Shown here piece after piece: positions 16,475 to 26,723 of a DNA stretch of 64,000 nucleotides. Each line of letters opens with the position of its first letter. The first letter of the stretch is position 1. Position numbers and translations under genes: made by a program. The DNA comes from a virus: the IMG/VR virus record IMGVR_UViG_3300027792_000011; one strand, 5' to 3'. The notes under the pieces were generated by a model. That model worked only from the letters and a program-made list of their open reading frames with translations. It was not told the origin of the DNA and did no database searches.

Positions 16475-17001
16475 TGCGCTTCATTTTCAAAGTAGGTGAT
16501 CTGGTCTCTTGGTACATACGTCCTGAAGTTCAAGATCCAGAACACCCGAGTAGCTATGCCGCAAATGTAGATCGTATTCGTGGGATCGTACGGTCGGTGC
16601 ACGTCTGGACTCATGTAATGGTCGAGGCTGAAGAGCATCTCATGTACGCTGTTGATTTGAACAACCCCAGCCTGCGATTGGAGTACGCAGCTAAGTTTAG
16701 AAAGGAAGAGAAGATGACCGTGAGGGAAGAGTGGATAGAGCTCGCAAGGAAGACAGGGCAGCTGGTAGCTGAGAAGAATGCTGCGTACGGGGACAGCGTC
16801 CGCAAGTCGGCTAGGATCATGCAGACCCTATACCCAGAAGGTATCAAGCCCGATCAGATACCTGCCGCTCTAGTGACCGTTCGGATCCTCGACAAGTTGA
16901 GCAGGATTGCGAACGATCCGAATTATGGAGGAGAGGATCCTGCATTGGACGTGACTGGATACGGACTTCTCCTTCAGGAGCTAGTCAAGAACGGTCTGTA
17001 A
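16474..17001 (+). CDS. Protein with C-terminal nucleotide-modification-associated (DUF1599/Nmad1-like) domain
   Basis: KNAAYGDS...RILDKLSRI...DPALDVTGY motif. Confidence 0.65.
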   Translation: MRFIFKVGDLVSWYIRPEVQDPEHPSSYAANVDRIRGIVRSVHVWTHVMVEAEEHLMYAVDLNNPSLRLEYAAKFRKEEKMTVREEWIELARKTGQLVAEKNAAYGDSVRKSARIMQTLYPEGIKPDQIPAALVTVRILDKLSRIANDPNYGGEDPALDVTGYGLLLQELVKNGL

Positions 17002-17052
17002 CCTTTCCACGGGAAGAGTGGGGAAGGTATACTCAGGGGAAGTGGAGGTCGT

Positions 17053-17592
17053 ATGCCCTTCCCCAACACAAGCTACCCTGTGGCGTTAGACGCCACAGAG
17101 GACAGAACAGACTATGTTGATGTCGTCTATGCAGACGACTTCGACTATCATGACAAACAGATCAGGAAGGTTCAGGAGTACCTGGGCATCACTTCCGAGC
17201 TCATAGGTCAACGGATTGCCGGTACGGGTCCTGGTGGCATGGTTAGCCCGGTCGCTTCGGGTGGAGCCGCCAGAGCATTCAGGCTAGCAGCAAGGAATGC
17301 TTTCTCTGCGGGGTACCTCCTGAGCGTGGGCGACGCATGGGATACCTCCTACACTGAAAAGCTCCAGCTAAGCTATGCAGGGCAGCTCTGGACATTGAAT
17401 GGTATTGATGCGAGCGCAAAGCTGAAAATACCACGATCAGCGCTGCCACCAGCAGGCGAAGTAGGGCGCCTTCACTGGGACCCGGCCGGCTCTTCCCTCC
17501 AGTACGACGATGGAGCTGCATGGAATTCTGTTGGAGGAGGCGGCCTCACTGCAGAAGATTGGGCACTGCTCGATATGAGCTTCGGAGGCTGA
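17053..17592 (+). CDS. Virion structural/fibre adaptor protein
   Basis: MP.PNTSYP.ALD start; G.L.WD.....LQYDDGAAW fibre motif. Confidence 0.6.
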   Translation: MPFPNTSYPVALDATEDRTDYVDVVYADDFDYHDKQIRKVQEYLGITSELIGQRIAGTGPGGMVSPVASGGAARAFRLAARNAFSAGYLLSVGDAWDTSYTEKLQLSYAGQLWTLNGIDASAKLKIPRSALPPAGEVGRLHWDPAGSSLQYDDGAAWNSVGGGGLTAEDWALLDMSFGG

Positions 17593-17593
17593 A

Positions 17594-17917
17594 ATGGCGA
17601 TAACCAGAAGCGTACTAGCGCATGGAACCCTGACGGCACTGTCTGCTAGCGTCTACACACCAGCGGGAGCTGCTGTGGGACATCCCCACTTGATCCGATG
17701 GCACAATACGACAGGATCTCCAGAGACAGTCATTGTCGGCTATGACGATGGATCAACGCCAATCGAGTTGGATAGGTTCGAGATCCAAGCGTTTGATTCC
17801 ATAACCCAGGCATTCCCAATGGAAGGGGATCTTGTCGAGAACGGTCATGACATCACGGCATATTGTTCGACTGCCAGTGCGGTGACCTACAAGATCGTTG
17901 GGACAGAGGCGTCATGA
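17594..17917 (+). CDS. Small beta-sandwich virion protein (module 1)
   Basis: Paralog-like to 20067-20396. Confidence 0.65.
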   Translation: MAITRSVLAHGTLTALSASVYTPAGAAVGHPHLIRWHNTTGSPETVIVGYDDGSTPIELDRFEIQAFDSITQAFPMEGDLVENGHDITAYCSTASAVTYKIVGTEAS

Positions 17918-19521
17918 TCACCAGAACTACACGAAAAGGCGAAGTGCTGACTGGAAGCTCGATGCGTCAGGTTGGTGCGCAGCCGTATACCAAGTCGAGA
18001 CGGATCAGTTTCGTCAACTACGAGAAGCTCACAGGGTCCACGGGTAATGACCCTTACATCGATTGCGGCAATGACTACTCCCTGAACCTGAATGCGGACT
18101 ACCCATTCTCGATCTACATGGTTGGGTGCATTCAAAGCAACGGCAATCCGGTTTTGAGTAAGCTCAGTGGTTCCCTAGGCTGGGCGGTTGCTTTCTATGG
18201 TGATGGTGGGGGTCTATCTGGTGGTCAGCCGAATTTGATCCTATACGATGGGGCTGGTGGACTTCTGTACGTGCACGTTGCTCAGGACATTCGTGGTTTG
18301 TGCCACGAGCTACTCTGGGCCTATGATGGGTCGAGACTAGCCGCTGGCGTAAGTGCTTACCTGGATGGCGTTCCAGTAGTAGTGGTGGTTGACAACGACA
18401 CCCTGGCAGGAACAACGGAAAATAACGCCAATTTCCAGATCGGCGGTCAGGGGGGTACAACAGGGTTTCTCAAACTCGATGATGTGGCGCTCTTTAGTGC
18501 AGAGTTGTCCGTAGCGAATGCGGCCGCTCTCTATTCGCGTCCAACTGATTCTCCGATTCGGCCGAAGAACCTAAAGGGTTTTGATTTTAGCGACTCATTG
18601 GCCCATTGGTGGAGAATGGGTGATGGTCTCTACCTGCCATCTGAGGTGACATACCCGAACGTACCAGACGAAGTTGGAAACTCACACGGTGTGATGGTCG
18701 ATTTTGACATCATGGCAGGAGCTGGATACGAGGCTGCTATGTCTGTAGCACGAGATCAGCCAATCCCTGCTATCTACGAGCTGCGACGAACGCTTGCCGC
18801 CTACTACCAGATGAATCCTGATTTTGGGACTTTTGGGATTCCTTCGGCAGGCTGGTTTGCAGGGACACAAGTTTGGGATGAGTCGGGAAATGGGTTTGAT
18901 CTGACGGTTACCTCTGGTGCTCCTGCTGTTCCTCTTGGGCAGTTCCTCATTCCGCTGGCTGATGAATATCCGTGGAATAGGGGAGTAGCGGATTTCACTG
19001 GAGTTCAGCCCGGATCCTACTTTGAGGGCTCCGATCCAATTGCATTTGGAGATATGTCGTTCTCCATGCAAGTTTGGTTTGAGACTCCACCAGGACCACA
19101 ACCAAACCCACAGACTGTAATCATGCGTGGTGGTCCATTGGGTTGCGCTCCTGGGGATCGAGAATACATAGGATTGGAGCTGGGTCCGACTATCCTTGTT
19201 CGCTACGGGAGCGCGAACACATTGTCACTAGGACCGTGGGGTTTCAGCACTCGCTACCATGTTGCGATTACGTGTACTCCTTCAGGTCCGTTTGGTACAG
19301 TGAGCGGCTACCTGAATAATGGTGCTGCAGTAGTTGGTGGCGCTCCTTTGCTCCCGCAGGTCACTCCTGGTGCTTGGACTTTCATGGTTGGGTACAGCAG
19401 GAACGTTGTGAGCCGAGATGCCTATGTGAAGGTGGATCAGATCGCGTTGTTCAACAAAACTATCAACTCGACTGAAATCGGATGGTTGTGGAATGGCGCA
19501 AACGGTCTAGTGATTCCATAG
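17914..19521 (+). CDS. Tandem LamG/concanavalin-A-like receptor-binding protein 1
   Basis: Two LamG-type units (LDDVALFSAELS, HWWRMGD, VDQIALFNKTI..EI..LWNG). Confidence 0.8.
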   Translation: MITRTTRKGEVLTGSSMRQVGAQPYTKSRRISFVNYEKLTGSTGNDPYIDCGNDYSLNLNADYPFSIYMVGCIQSNGNPVLSKLSGSLGWAVAFYGDGGGLSGGQPNLILYDGAGGLLYVHVAQDIRGLCHELLWAYDGSRLAAGVSAYLDGVPVVVVVDNDTLAGTTENNANFQIGGQGGTTGFLKLDDVALFSAELSVANAAALYSRPTDSPIRPKNLKGFDFSDSLAHWWRMGDGLYLPSEVTYPNVPDEVGNSHGVMVDFDIMAGAGYEAAMSVARDQPIPAIYELRRTLAAYYQMNPDFGTFGIPSAGWFAGTQVWDESGNGFDLTVTSGAPAVPLGQFLIPLADEYPWNRGVADFTGVQPGSYFEGSDPIAFGDMSFSMQVWFETPPGPQPNPQTVIMRGGPLGCAPGDREYIGLELGPTILVRYGSANTLSLGPWGFSTRYHVAITCTPSGPFGTVSGYLNNGAAVVGGAPLLPQVTPGAWTFMVGYSRNVVSRDAYVKVDQIALFNKTINSTEIGWLWNGANGLVIP

Positions 19522-19529
19522 GAGAAAAA

Positions 19530-20057
19530 ATGGGATACGCAACGACAAGACTTGGTAGAACGGGGTCGTCAAGGCCGTATATTCGTCAAGATGCGCAATC
19601 GGTTCAGACTGTCCCTGTGTACGGATACGGACCTGGAGCCCTTCCAAACAATGACGATACGATCAAATACAGCGATTCCGAGGGGAAATGGCTTTACGGC
19701 CCTGGCGGTGGTGGTGAAGTACCTGCGCACTATCTGGGTGGAGATGCGCACGATGCGGACTCTCTCGCCAACCTAAACAGCAAGCTCACCGATGCGACAT
19801 TGGATAGCAATACGGACCCCAGGCCGCCACAGATACACGGATTCCGCGATCCATACGCGCACAGCGATATTGATGTCAATCCGATTGACGTTCAAGACGA
19901 GGGTTCATCCGTCGAAGCCGCTCTAGTGTATTTGAACTTTATTGGAGATGGCGTTACTGCCTCATCATTAGGAGGCGGTGGGGTTGAAGTGAGTATTCCA
20001 GGTGGCGGGGGATCGACAGAATCTCAGATTCTACACCTGATCTGGGCAACACATTAG
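19530..20057 (+). CDS. Virion fibre adaptor protein (module 2)
   Basis: VQDEG......LNFIGDGVTA fibre motif. Confidence 0.65.
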   Translation: MGYATTRLGRTGSSRPYIRQDAQSVQTVPVYGYGPGALPNNDDTIKYSDSEGKWLYGPGGGGEVPAHYLGGDAHDADSLANLNSKLTDATLDSNTDPRPPQIHGFRDPYAHSDIDVNPIDVQDEGSSVEAALVYLNFIGDGVTASSLGGGGVEVSIPGGGGSTESQILHLIWATH

Positions 20058-20066
20058 GAGGAGACG

Positions 20067-20396
20067 ATGGCAGTAACATACGATCCCACGGAAGTTCATG
20101 GGCAGCTAGCCGTATCGGGATCAGAGGTTGCGCTGGCAACTGCTAGTACGGGTCTTTGGTTTTGGGTTGTAAAAAGGCTGGCACTAACGAACATTTCAGC
20201 TAGCCCGGTTGCCGCATCCTTGACCTACGATGGCCTGGTTCAGACGGAATTCGATATACCCGCCAACGAGGTGGTTGAGTTCATTTGGGAGGATCAGGGT
20301 TACCTTGTCCAAGCGAGTTTGGCCTTGAATATCACGGTGGATACCGTAGACGTAATCAACTATAAGCTTGATGGTCTTATGGGGTATCTATCATGA
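20067..20396 (+). CDS. Small beta-sandwich virion protein (module 2)
   Basis: Paralog-like to 17594-17917. Confidence 0.65.
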   Translation: MAVTYDPTEVHGQLAVSGSEVALATASTGLWFWVVKRLALTNISASPVAASLTYDGLVQTEFDIPANEVVEFIWEDQGYLVQASLALNITVDTVDVINYKLDGLMGYLS

Positions 20397-21838
20397 TGGT
20401 TGGCTTCGCAACAAAGAGAAGGGGAGCGATAATCAAGCGGTACACAGCGTCACATCCCGGTGGCATTGGGTACAGGTCTAAAACCCCTTTTAGCGAAGCC
20501 GACATTATGAAGTTCGTGAACGGGTACTCGCTCAAGTTTGTGGCGCTCGATGGTAGCGAGGTCAACGCTGGAGATCTGTGTGCGTTTGAGTATACCGATT
20601 CGTTCAGTCTGACGGGTTGGCTAAAAATCGAGACTGGATTCAATTCCGGTACGCTCTTGGCGAGAATGGGGACGGACGCAGGCTGGAGGCTTCGCCTTGA
20701 TACGGCAGTTCTCTACCTAGATCTGATTCACGACCTTGGACTGTCGGATATGATTTCGTGCCATGCGCCAACTGCGCTGGACATAAATGAGTGGTACTTC
20801 TGGGGCGCGACCTACGACGGAGGAAATGTCGGCTCTACAGGAATGAAGTTCTACCTAGCTGGGGCCTTGGATGGGTGTACGTCAATAAGCGAGTCTGTCA
20901 CTGGAACGATTATTGAGCCAAGCATCAATCTTATGATGGGCGAGGACTTCACTGGATGGCAGGACGAAATGGGCATTTATGATGGAGTTCTCACTGCTCC
21001 TGAAATGGCCAATCTATTTGCTACTCAGGTGCCCAGACACCTGAAGAGATTTTCTGCTCCATCCCCATCACAACTCCGTCATTGGTGGCGGATGGGAGAC
21101 TCGTTTACAGCACCAGATCAGATGAAGGACGAGGTCACAGGGAATTACGCTACTATCGTAAACGCCACGCGCGACGTAGATGTACCAGTGCAGGCTCCTC
21201 CTCCTTTGAACGTGAATCTGGTTTCATATTGGAAGTGCAATACCGGGCCGTGGGTAGTAAGCAGTCCGTTGGTTGACGAGATCGGTAATGCTGCTCTGAC
21301 ATCTACAGGGACGATTGGCAGCGGGGCTCCTCTCGTTGCGGATGGAACGTTTTCAGCGAGTAGTACCGCAGTTGCAAACTTTACAGGTCCTGCCAACGCC
21401 CAGCACGTCAATAAGATTTTCTCCTTTCAAGCTTGGTTTCAGCGATCTGTTACGCAAACCGGAACTCGATTCTTGTATCGTATGTTTGATACAGGAACAG
21501 GAGTATGGTTCTGCGTCCAACTCACATCCGGCGTTATCTACATTGTTCGCGAGCTCAATACTTACGCTGTGGGATCGATACTCGCCCCTACCCATCTGGT
21601 TGTCGTATCGAGTGTTAGCGGTTTGTACTGCTACTTGAACGGCTCACTAGTGATTACACATCCTCCATTTGTCAACGCTCCTGTACTTCCAATGACCATT
21701 TCTATCGGCGGTACAGGTACGACAAACAGATTCAACGGTCGTATGGACGAGTATGCTTTTTGGGCTGGAAGGAATCTGACTCCAACTGAAGTGACCACTT
21801 TGTGGAATGGCGGGACGGGGCAGCCTATTACGTTGTAG
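20393..21838 (+). CDS. Tandem LamG/concanavalin-A-like receptor-binding protein 2
   Basis: DEMGIYDGVLT, HWWRMGD, FNGRMDEYAFW..LT..EV..LWNGG. Confidence 0.8.
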   Translation: MMVGFATKRRGAIIKRYTASHPGGIGYRSKTPFSEADIMKFVNGYSLKFVALDGSEVNAGDLCAFEYTDSFSLTGWLKIETGFNSGTLLARMGTDAGWRLRLDTAVLYLDLIHDLGLSDMISCHAPTALDINEWYFWGATYDGGNVGSTGMKFYLAGALDGCTSISESVTGTIIEPSINLMMGEDFTGWQDEMGIYDGVLTAPEMANLFATQVPRHLKRFSAPSPSQLRHWWRMGDSFTAPDQMKDEVTGNYATIVNATRDVDVPVQAPPPLNVNLVSYWKCNTGPWVVSSPLVDEIGNAALTSTGTIGSGAPLVADGTFSASSTAVANFTGPANAQHVNKIFSFQAWFQRSVTQTGTRFLYRMFDTGTGVWFCVQLTSGVIYIVRELNTYAVGSILAPTHLVVVSSVSGLYCYLNGSLVITHPPFVNAPVLPMTISIGGTGTTNRFNGRMDEYAFWAGRNLTPTEVTTLWNGGTGQPITL

Positions 21839-21847
21839 GTATTCTGA

Positions 21848-22738
21848 GTGGGAACCGAATGTATAGACGTCACCGTGGTTGTATCGAACTACAACCAAGC
21901 ACCTTTGATCGTAGGGGCATTAGACTTTCTAGCCCAGTCTGACTTTCTCCCCAAGCTGGAAATCATGGTAGTAGATGACTGCTCCTCGCAGGGGTTTGCG
22001 GAAGTCGAAAGTGCGATCAGGTTGCTGCGTGATCGCGAAGTAGGGAAGGCATCTCTAATAAGAGCTAGAAGAAATCTTGGGGTCTCTGCGGTCAGAAATA
22101 TAGGTTTGGAAAACGCTCAGGGGCGGTTCGTGTGTTTTCATGATGGGGATGATTTGTGGTTGGATGGTTGGAAGGTAGCCGTATCAGAGCTGGATCGTAA
22201 TGGATTCAGAGTGCTTGGAACTGGTGAAAAAGCAGTTACTCACGATAAGCAGATACACTCTTTGAGTATGTCTTCTATCAACAGCATCGCCCAAACAAGA
22301 ACGCACCCAATCGTGAAATTCCCGTTGGACGTGCCGGTTATGTCTGCTACGTTTCTGGTGGCGGCAGACATAAAAACCAGATTCCGAAGCTTTTTGTGTC
22401 GTCCTACATCCTTGTGGCCGGGTAAACCACCGGGATGGGAGGATGCCGTATTTTGGATAGAAGCGTGTGCTGAGAATGTTGGAAGAGTAGGACGTAGTGG
22501 TATCAATCGGATTAGACAGCAGCACGTACCAGAGAGCTCGTGGCACGATGGGCGAAGCGGGTTTGGATGGATGTCGTTCCCTATTATTCGTCCAGATTTG
22601 TTTACGGAGGCGGCAATAGAAAAGGCCGTGCTTCTGGCTCGTAAAAAGAAAATCGAACCAGACATGTTGCGAAAGTTGGCTCTACTATCAGAAGAAGAGA
22701 TATTGAACGGGCCAATTTTGTTTGATCGTGTTTTGTAG
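21848..22738 (+). CDS. Family 2 (GT-A) glycosyltransferase
   Basis: VVVSNYN, VVDDCS, NLGVSAVRNIGL, FHDGDD (DxD), WED. Confidence 0.88.
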   Translation: MGTECIDVTVVVSNYNQAPLIVGALDFLAQSDFLPKLEIMVVDDCSSQGFAEVESAIRLLRDREVGKASLIRARRNLGVSAVRNIGLENAQGRFVCFHDGDDLWLDGWKVAVSELDRNGFRVLGTGEKAVTHDKQIHSLSMSSINSIAQTRTHPIVKFPLDVPVMSATFLVAADIKTRFRSFLCRPTSLWPGKPPGWEDAVFWIEACAENVGRVGRSGINRIRQQHVPESSWHDGRSGFGWMSFPIIRPDLFTEAAIEKAVLLARKKKIEPDMLRKLALLSEEEILNGPILFDRVL

Positions 22739-22774
22739 GCTACTTTAGCGATCTAGCAACTCTTTACATCTTCT

Positions 22775-22782
22775 GTTATAAG
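22775..22782 (+). promoter_or_regulatory. GTTATAAG promoter motif
   Basis: Precedes the nucleotide-metabolism operon. Confidence 0.65.
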
Positions 22783-22823
22783 ATCGTTGGGATCAGATCA
22801 TCTAGGTCCATAAGGAGGATCAA

Positions 22824-23417
22824 ATGGAGATTCTTGAGAAAATCAAGAAGAGGCTGGATGGGCATATCACCATAGGTCCAGTGGCGATCTATGGATTCAA
22901 TGCGATGCACGTAGCAGTGAATGTGTGGACCAAGAGATGGGGGTTCATATGCTTCCATCCATCTCTTCGTTTTCTGAGAAAGTACGCCCCGTGGATGCTT
23001 GGGGAGAATTGGCCCTGGTACTTCTTTCTAAGCCCGAATGGAACTTCCTGGGCTTCTACATTTGCGATAGGTCCAGGGATCGACAAGGATACCAAGATTG
23101 ATGCTCTGCGTAGGTACGCGGCATGGGGGCATGGGTACGACGTTGATCGAATTGATGTGCAAGCTGAGGCTGCTGTCTTCTGGAAGTATCTTGATCGTCT
23201 GAAGAAGGCAAAGAGCGTGGTAGACAATGAGAAAGAGGATCATGAGTGCACGGGCTGTGGAATGTGCAAGAAGTGTGATGCGTGTGGAAAGGATCTTGAT
23301 GAGGATGAGCAGCAGTACAGCAATGTGTGCCTGGAGTGCCTGCTGAGGGAGTGCAATCGCATAGCGAGCATGATCACCCAGAAGAAGTCGGGTGGTGTGA
23401 CGAAAGGAGCAAACTGA
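22824..23417 (+). CDS. Hypothetical protein with C-terminal Cys cluster
   Basis: AAGGAGG RBS; CxxCxxC..CxxC..CxxC. Confidence 0.7.
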   Translation: MEILEKIKKRLDGHITIGPVAIYGFNAMHVAVNVWTKRWGFICFHPSLRFLRKYAPWMLGENWPWYFFLSPNGTSWASTFAIGPGIDKDTKIDALRRYAAWGHGYDVDRIDVQAEAAVFWKYLDRLKKAKSVVDNEKEDHECTGCGMCKKCDACGKDLDEDEQQYSNVCLECLLRECNRIASMITQKKSGGVTKGAN

Positions 23418-23420
23418 TCT

Positions 23421-23966
23421 ATGGAATCTGGAGTGTGCAAATGGGACGAGTGGTTCTTTGCCCTAGCTACTACGGCCGCTAGAAAGTCCAAAGACCCATC
23501 GACGCAGGTAGGTTGTGTGGTGGTAGGACCGGATCGAGAAGTCCGATCGATTGGCTACAACGGGTTCGCTAGAGGAGTTGACGACACCAGAGAGGATTGG
23601 AAGCAGAGGCCGCTGAAGATCAAGGTGACAGCACATGCCGAGCTCAACGCTGTGTGCAATGCAGCGCGATGCGGAGCTACGCTGAAAGGTTGTGTGGCCT
23701 ACGTAACGCTTCCTCCATGTGCTGGGTGCGCGCTTGCTCTGACGCAGGCAGGTGTAAGCTCGGTTGCATTCATAGCACCACTAGGCAACATCGGTGGCGT
23801 TGAGGATCGTTGGAGAGAAGACTTCAAGATAGCTCTCGACATCTTCACAGAGGCGTCAGTCGACTATGAGGGTTTCAGTGGTGTGTGGGATGACAACGGT
23901 AACGATCCACTAGCTCATGATGTAGAAATGTGGATCACCAAAATTCAGGATCAAGAGGGAGAGTAA
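23421..23966 (+). CDS. dCMP deaminase
   Basis: SKDPSTQVG, GYNG, HAE, PCxxC. Confidence 0.92.
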   Translation: MESGVCKWDEWFFALATTAARKSKDPSTQVGCVVVGPDREVRSIGYNGFARGVDDTREDWKQRPLKIKVTAHAELNAVCNAARCGATLKGCVAYVTLPPCAGCALALTQAGVSSVAFIAPLGNIGGVEDRWREDFKIALDIFTEASVDYEGFSGVWDDNGNDPLAHDVEMWITKIQDQEGE

Positions 23967-24952
23967 TGGAAAAGAGAAGAGTATGCTTCTACCATCGTGT
24001 TGATCTTGATGGCAAGTGTGCTGGTGCAATCGTGCTGGATCATTTCGAGGGAGCGGTCGAAATGGTTGGGATCAACCACGGAGACGACTTTGAGAAGCTC
24101 GTCTTCGGTCGCCCCAGTCTGACAGACGAGATCGTGATAATGGTCGACTTCTGTTTGGAGCCGTGGGATCTCATGCCGCGTTTGCAGGAGTCGTGCAAGC
24201 ACCTTATCTGGATCGACCATCATTCGGAATCGATCAAGAAATACGAGAGCTGGCTAAGCTTCCCAGAAAGGAAGATAGACGGCATTCGTAAGATAGGACT
24301 TGCTGGCTGTGAGCTTGCCTGGATGTTCTTCAACAATGATGATCACATGCCCGAGGCAGTACGTCTGCTCGGTAGATACGACGTGTGGGACTGGGAGAAT
24401 ACACCAGAAGCTCTTGAGTTTCAGATGGGCATGCGCCTTGCGGAGACAATGCCCGATAGGACAACTGCACTATGGAGGTCACTACTCAGTCCGTCTTCCT
24501 TCTATGCGGAGAGGACTTTGATAGGTCAGATCATTGATGATGGGAGGGTAGTTCTGCGCTACAAGAAGCAGCAAGACTCGATCCACATCAAGAGTGCCGG
24601 CTTCGAGCTCGATTGGTTCGGAAAGAAGTGGATTGCGATCAACGAGATGTACAACAACAGCGAATTGTTCAATGAGCTCTACGACCCAAGCCGGCACCAT
24701 GGCATGCTGGCCTTCGGGTGGCGGAAAGGGAACTGGCACATAACCCTGTACACGACTCGAGATGATGTTGACTGCGGGGCCATCGCTACTGAAGCGGCCA
24801 AGCGTCTGAGTGATGAGCGCTACAAGGCAACTGGAGGCGGCCACAAAAAGGCGGCAGGATTCCAGAGTGTCTACATGCCCTTTGATGTACGGTTTCCGAC
24901 AATGGACACGTTCTGTTCTCCAGTCGACAACATAATGAGGACGGCGGACTGA
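23966..24952 (+). CDS. DHH/DHHA1 phosphoesterase
   Basis: H..DLDG, MVDF, WIDHH, GGGHKKAAGF. Confidence 0.9.
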   Translation: MEKRRVCFYHRVDLDGKCAGAIVLDHFEGAVEMVGINHGDDFEKLVFGRPSLTDEIVIMVDFCLEPWDLMPRLQESCKHLIWIDHHSESIKKYESWLSFPERKIDGIRKIGLAGCELAWMFFNNDDHMPEAVRLLGRYDVWDWENTPEALEFQMGMRLAETMPDRTTALWRSLLSPSSFYAERTLIGQIIDDGRVVLRYKKQQDSIHIKSAGFELDWFGKKWIAINEMYNNSELFNELYDPSRHHGMLAFGWRKGNWHITLYTTRDDVDCGAIATEAAKRLSDERYKATGGGHKKAAGFQSVYMPFDVRFPTMDTFCSPVDNIMRTAD

Positions 24953-25617
24953 TGCCAAACATCATACAACCGTCGTTCGAGATAATCGAGTACCCGCAGA
25001 ACGTACTCGAGAAGATCGAGCGAGTAGCTCGTACCTGTTACAAGAGCGAGGACAAGATCGAACCAGGATCAGCAGAGAAGCTGGTACGCAAGCTGCTCAC
25101 GGACGAGCACTACCCCATGATCGAGTTCGGCGGCTGGATTGTGGTGAAGTTCTACTCCAACAGAGGATTCACACACGAAGCAGTTCGGCATAGGATCGTT
25201 TCAGCCGCACAGGAATCGACAAGATACTGTAACTACGTAAAAGAAAAGTTTGGCACCGAGATCACCGTCATAGACCCTGAGAAGGCGCTAGCTATGAAGG
25301 TGAAGGATGCCGAAAAGCGAGCGCTCATCGTAATCAAGATGGTAGAGAGCTGGGCACGGGCGGAGCACGACTACATCTACTTGGTGAGTGAGCTGGGATG
25401 TCCAGCAGAGATGGCCAGGGAAGTGCTGCCAATAGGACTGAAGGCAGAGCTAGTTGTGGGAGCTACCGTTCGTGAGTGGCGGCACATCATGAAGCTTCGT
25501 ACCAGTAACAAAGCCCATCCACGGATGCGTGAGATCATGAGACCTCTTCTCGTGAAGTTTCGGGAACTCATGCCCGTGGTATTCGATGACGTGGGCACTT
25601 TGGGGGACGAGAAGTAG
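24952..25617 (+). CDS. thyX: FAD-dependent thymidylate synthase
   Basis: RHRIVSAAQESTRY ThyX motif, AREVLP, LR....AHP. Confidence 0.93.
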   Translation: MPNIIQPSFEIIEYPQNVLEKIERVARTCYKSEDKIEPGSAEKLVRKLLTDEHYPMIEFGGWIVVKFYSNRGFTHEAVRHRIVSAAQESTRYCNYVKEKFGTEITVIDPEKALAMKVKDAEKRALIVIKMVESWARAEHDYIYLVSELGCPAEMAREVLPIGLKAELVVGATVREWRHIMKLRTSNKAHPRMREIMRPLLVKFRELMPVVFDDVGTLGDEK

Positions 25618-25693
25618 TGTTCCAGCTGGCGATCCTCTACCGTATTCTCAAGATCCTGCTCAGATCAGTAAGAGCAATCATCTCCTGATCATT

Positions 25694-25701
25694 GTTATAA
25701 G
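25694..25701 (+). promoter_or_regulatory. GTTATAAG promoter motif
   Basis: Precedes the 25736 ORF. Confidence 0.65.
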
Positions 25702-25735
25702 ATCAACGGAGTAGAGACTGTTTAGGAGGAGAAGC

Positions 25736-26140
25736 ATGTCTTCGCTGATGCAATTTGGCGGTGAGATGAGAATGAACAGTAGAGGGTACGGAGAGGTACG
25801 CCTCGAATTTGTCCGATACGTGATGGACCTGACGAAGTCGATCAGCGACTCGTATCTCGACCCAAAGATCAAATGCACAATCTGTGGGAAAGAGCATCCG
25901 CAGATTGGTGTGGCGTACCGAAGACCGCGTGGGATGTTGGGATGTTGGGTGCAGTTCCAGTATCTGGGGAAGATGCAAGTTCCAGACCTTAGCGTCCCGA
26001 TAGATGTGCCAAGGTGGCCAGTCGGAACGAGGCTCCTCAATCAGGAGGAGAACTCGAGGAACTGGCATAGAGGAGAGGAGATAGGGAGTAAAGATGGCGG
26101 CGGCGGGCAGGTGGATGAAGTTCTGGTGTACGAGAAGTGA
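25736..26140 (+). CDS. Hypothetical protein (CxxC)
   Basis: AGGAGG RBS. Confidence 0.65.
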   Translation: MSSLMQFGGEMRMNSRGYGEVRLEFVRYVMDLTKSISDSYLDPKIKCTICGKEHPQIGVAYRRPRGMLGCWVQFQYLGKMQVPDLSVPIDVPRWPVGTRLLNQEENSRNWHRGEEIGSKDGGGGQVDEVLVYEK

Positions 26141-26300
26141 ACTGGACTGGGAGATCATAAGCAGACCGATTGACATCGATCGGTTTGTGGAATGTGATGA
26201 GATGCGCATTCGTACTGAAGATGCGTGTCCTGATGACCAGAGCAGATGGCAGAGGCTCTACTATGTGGTAGACAGTCCCCATCAAAATGAGCCTACCTGA
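26094..26300 (+). CDS. Hypothetical protein
   Basis: GGGAG RBS. Confidence 0.5.
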   Translation: MAAAGRWMKFWCTRSELDWEIISRPIDIDRFVECDEMRIRTEDACPDDQSRWQRLYYVVDSPHQNEPT

Positions 26301-26366
26301 TCTAATAAATCCCCCATACAAAAGAAAAGGGGACATCCAGCCATCTGCTGAATGTTCTCTTAGCTT

Positions 26367-26374
26367 GTTATAAG
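26367..26374 (+). promoter_or_regulatory. GTTATAAG promoter motif
   Basis: TTCTCTTAG..GTTATAAG, precedes the 26411 operon. Confidence 0.65.
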
Positions 26375-26410
26375 GAGGATGGACCGAAAGGATCTTAGGA
26401 GGTAAGTGAG

Positions 26411-26722
26411 ATGTCGAAAGAACTAGACGATCTCAAAGATTGGGTAATGGTGCAGTATGAGAGATCTACACGTGATCAAAAAGATGCACCTTACGATAGT
26501 GACTTCTACCGGGCGCAAGGTAGGATTTCAGCGTACGAGAATGTGATTGAGCGAATTGATGTAATGCTGGCTGAAGAAAGGGAACCAAATAGAGTAATAG
26601 AACGCCCTAAGACGATCATGGAACTTATGGGTGTAGATCAAAAGCAAGAGATCATTCAGTTTGAGGATCGTGAGCGAGTTGAGGAGTTACAGCGGCAAGG
26701 ATATGGAAAGGGAGGTAAGTGA
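26411..26722 (+). CDS. Hypothetical protein
   Basis: AGGAGGT RBS. Confidence 0.7.
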   Translation: MSKELDDLKDWVMVQYERSTRDQKDAPYDSDFYRAQGRISAYENVIERIDVMLAEEREPNRVIERPKTIMELMGVDQKQEIIQFEDRERVEELQRQGYGKGGK

Positions 26723-26723
26723 G

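Noticed and set aside
17914-21838. Diversity-generating retroelement acting on the LamG proteins
   Set aside because: No reverse transcriptase in the window and no near-identical TR/VR pair with adenine-specific differences seen
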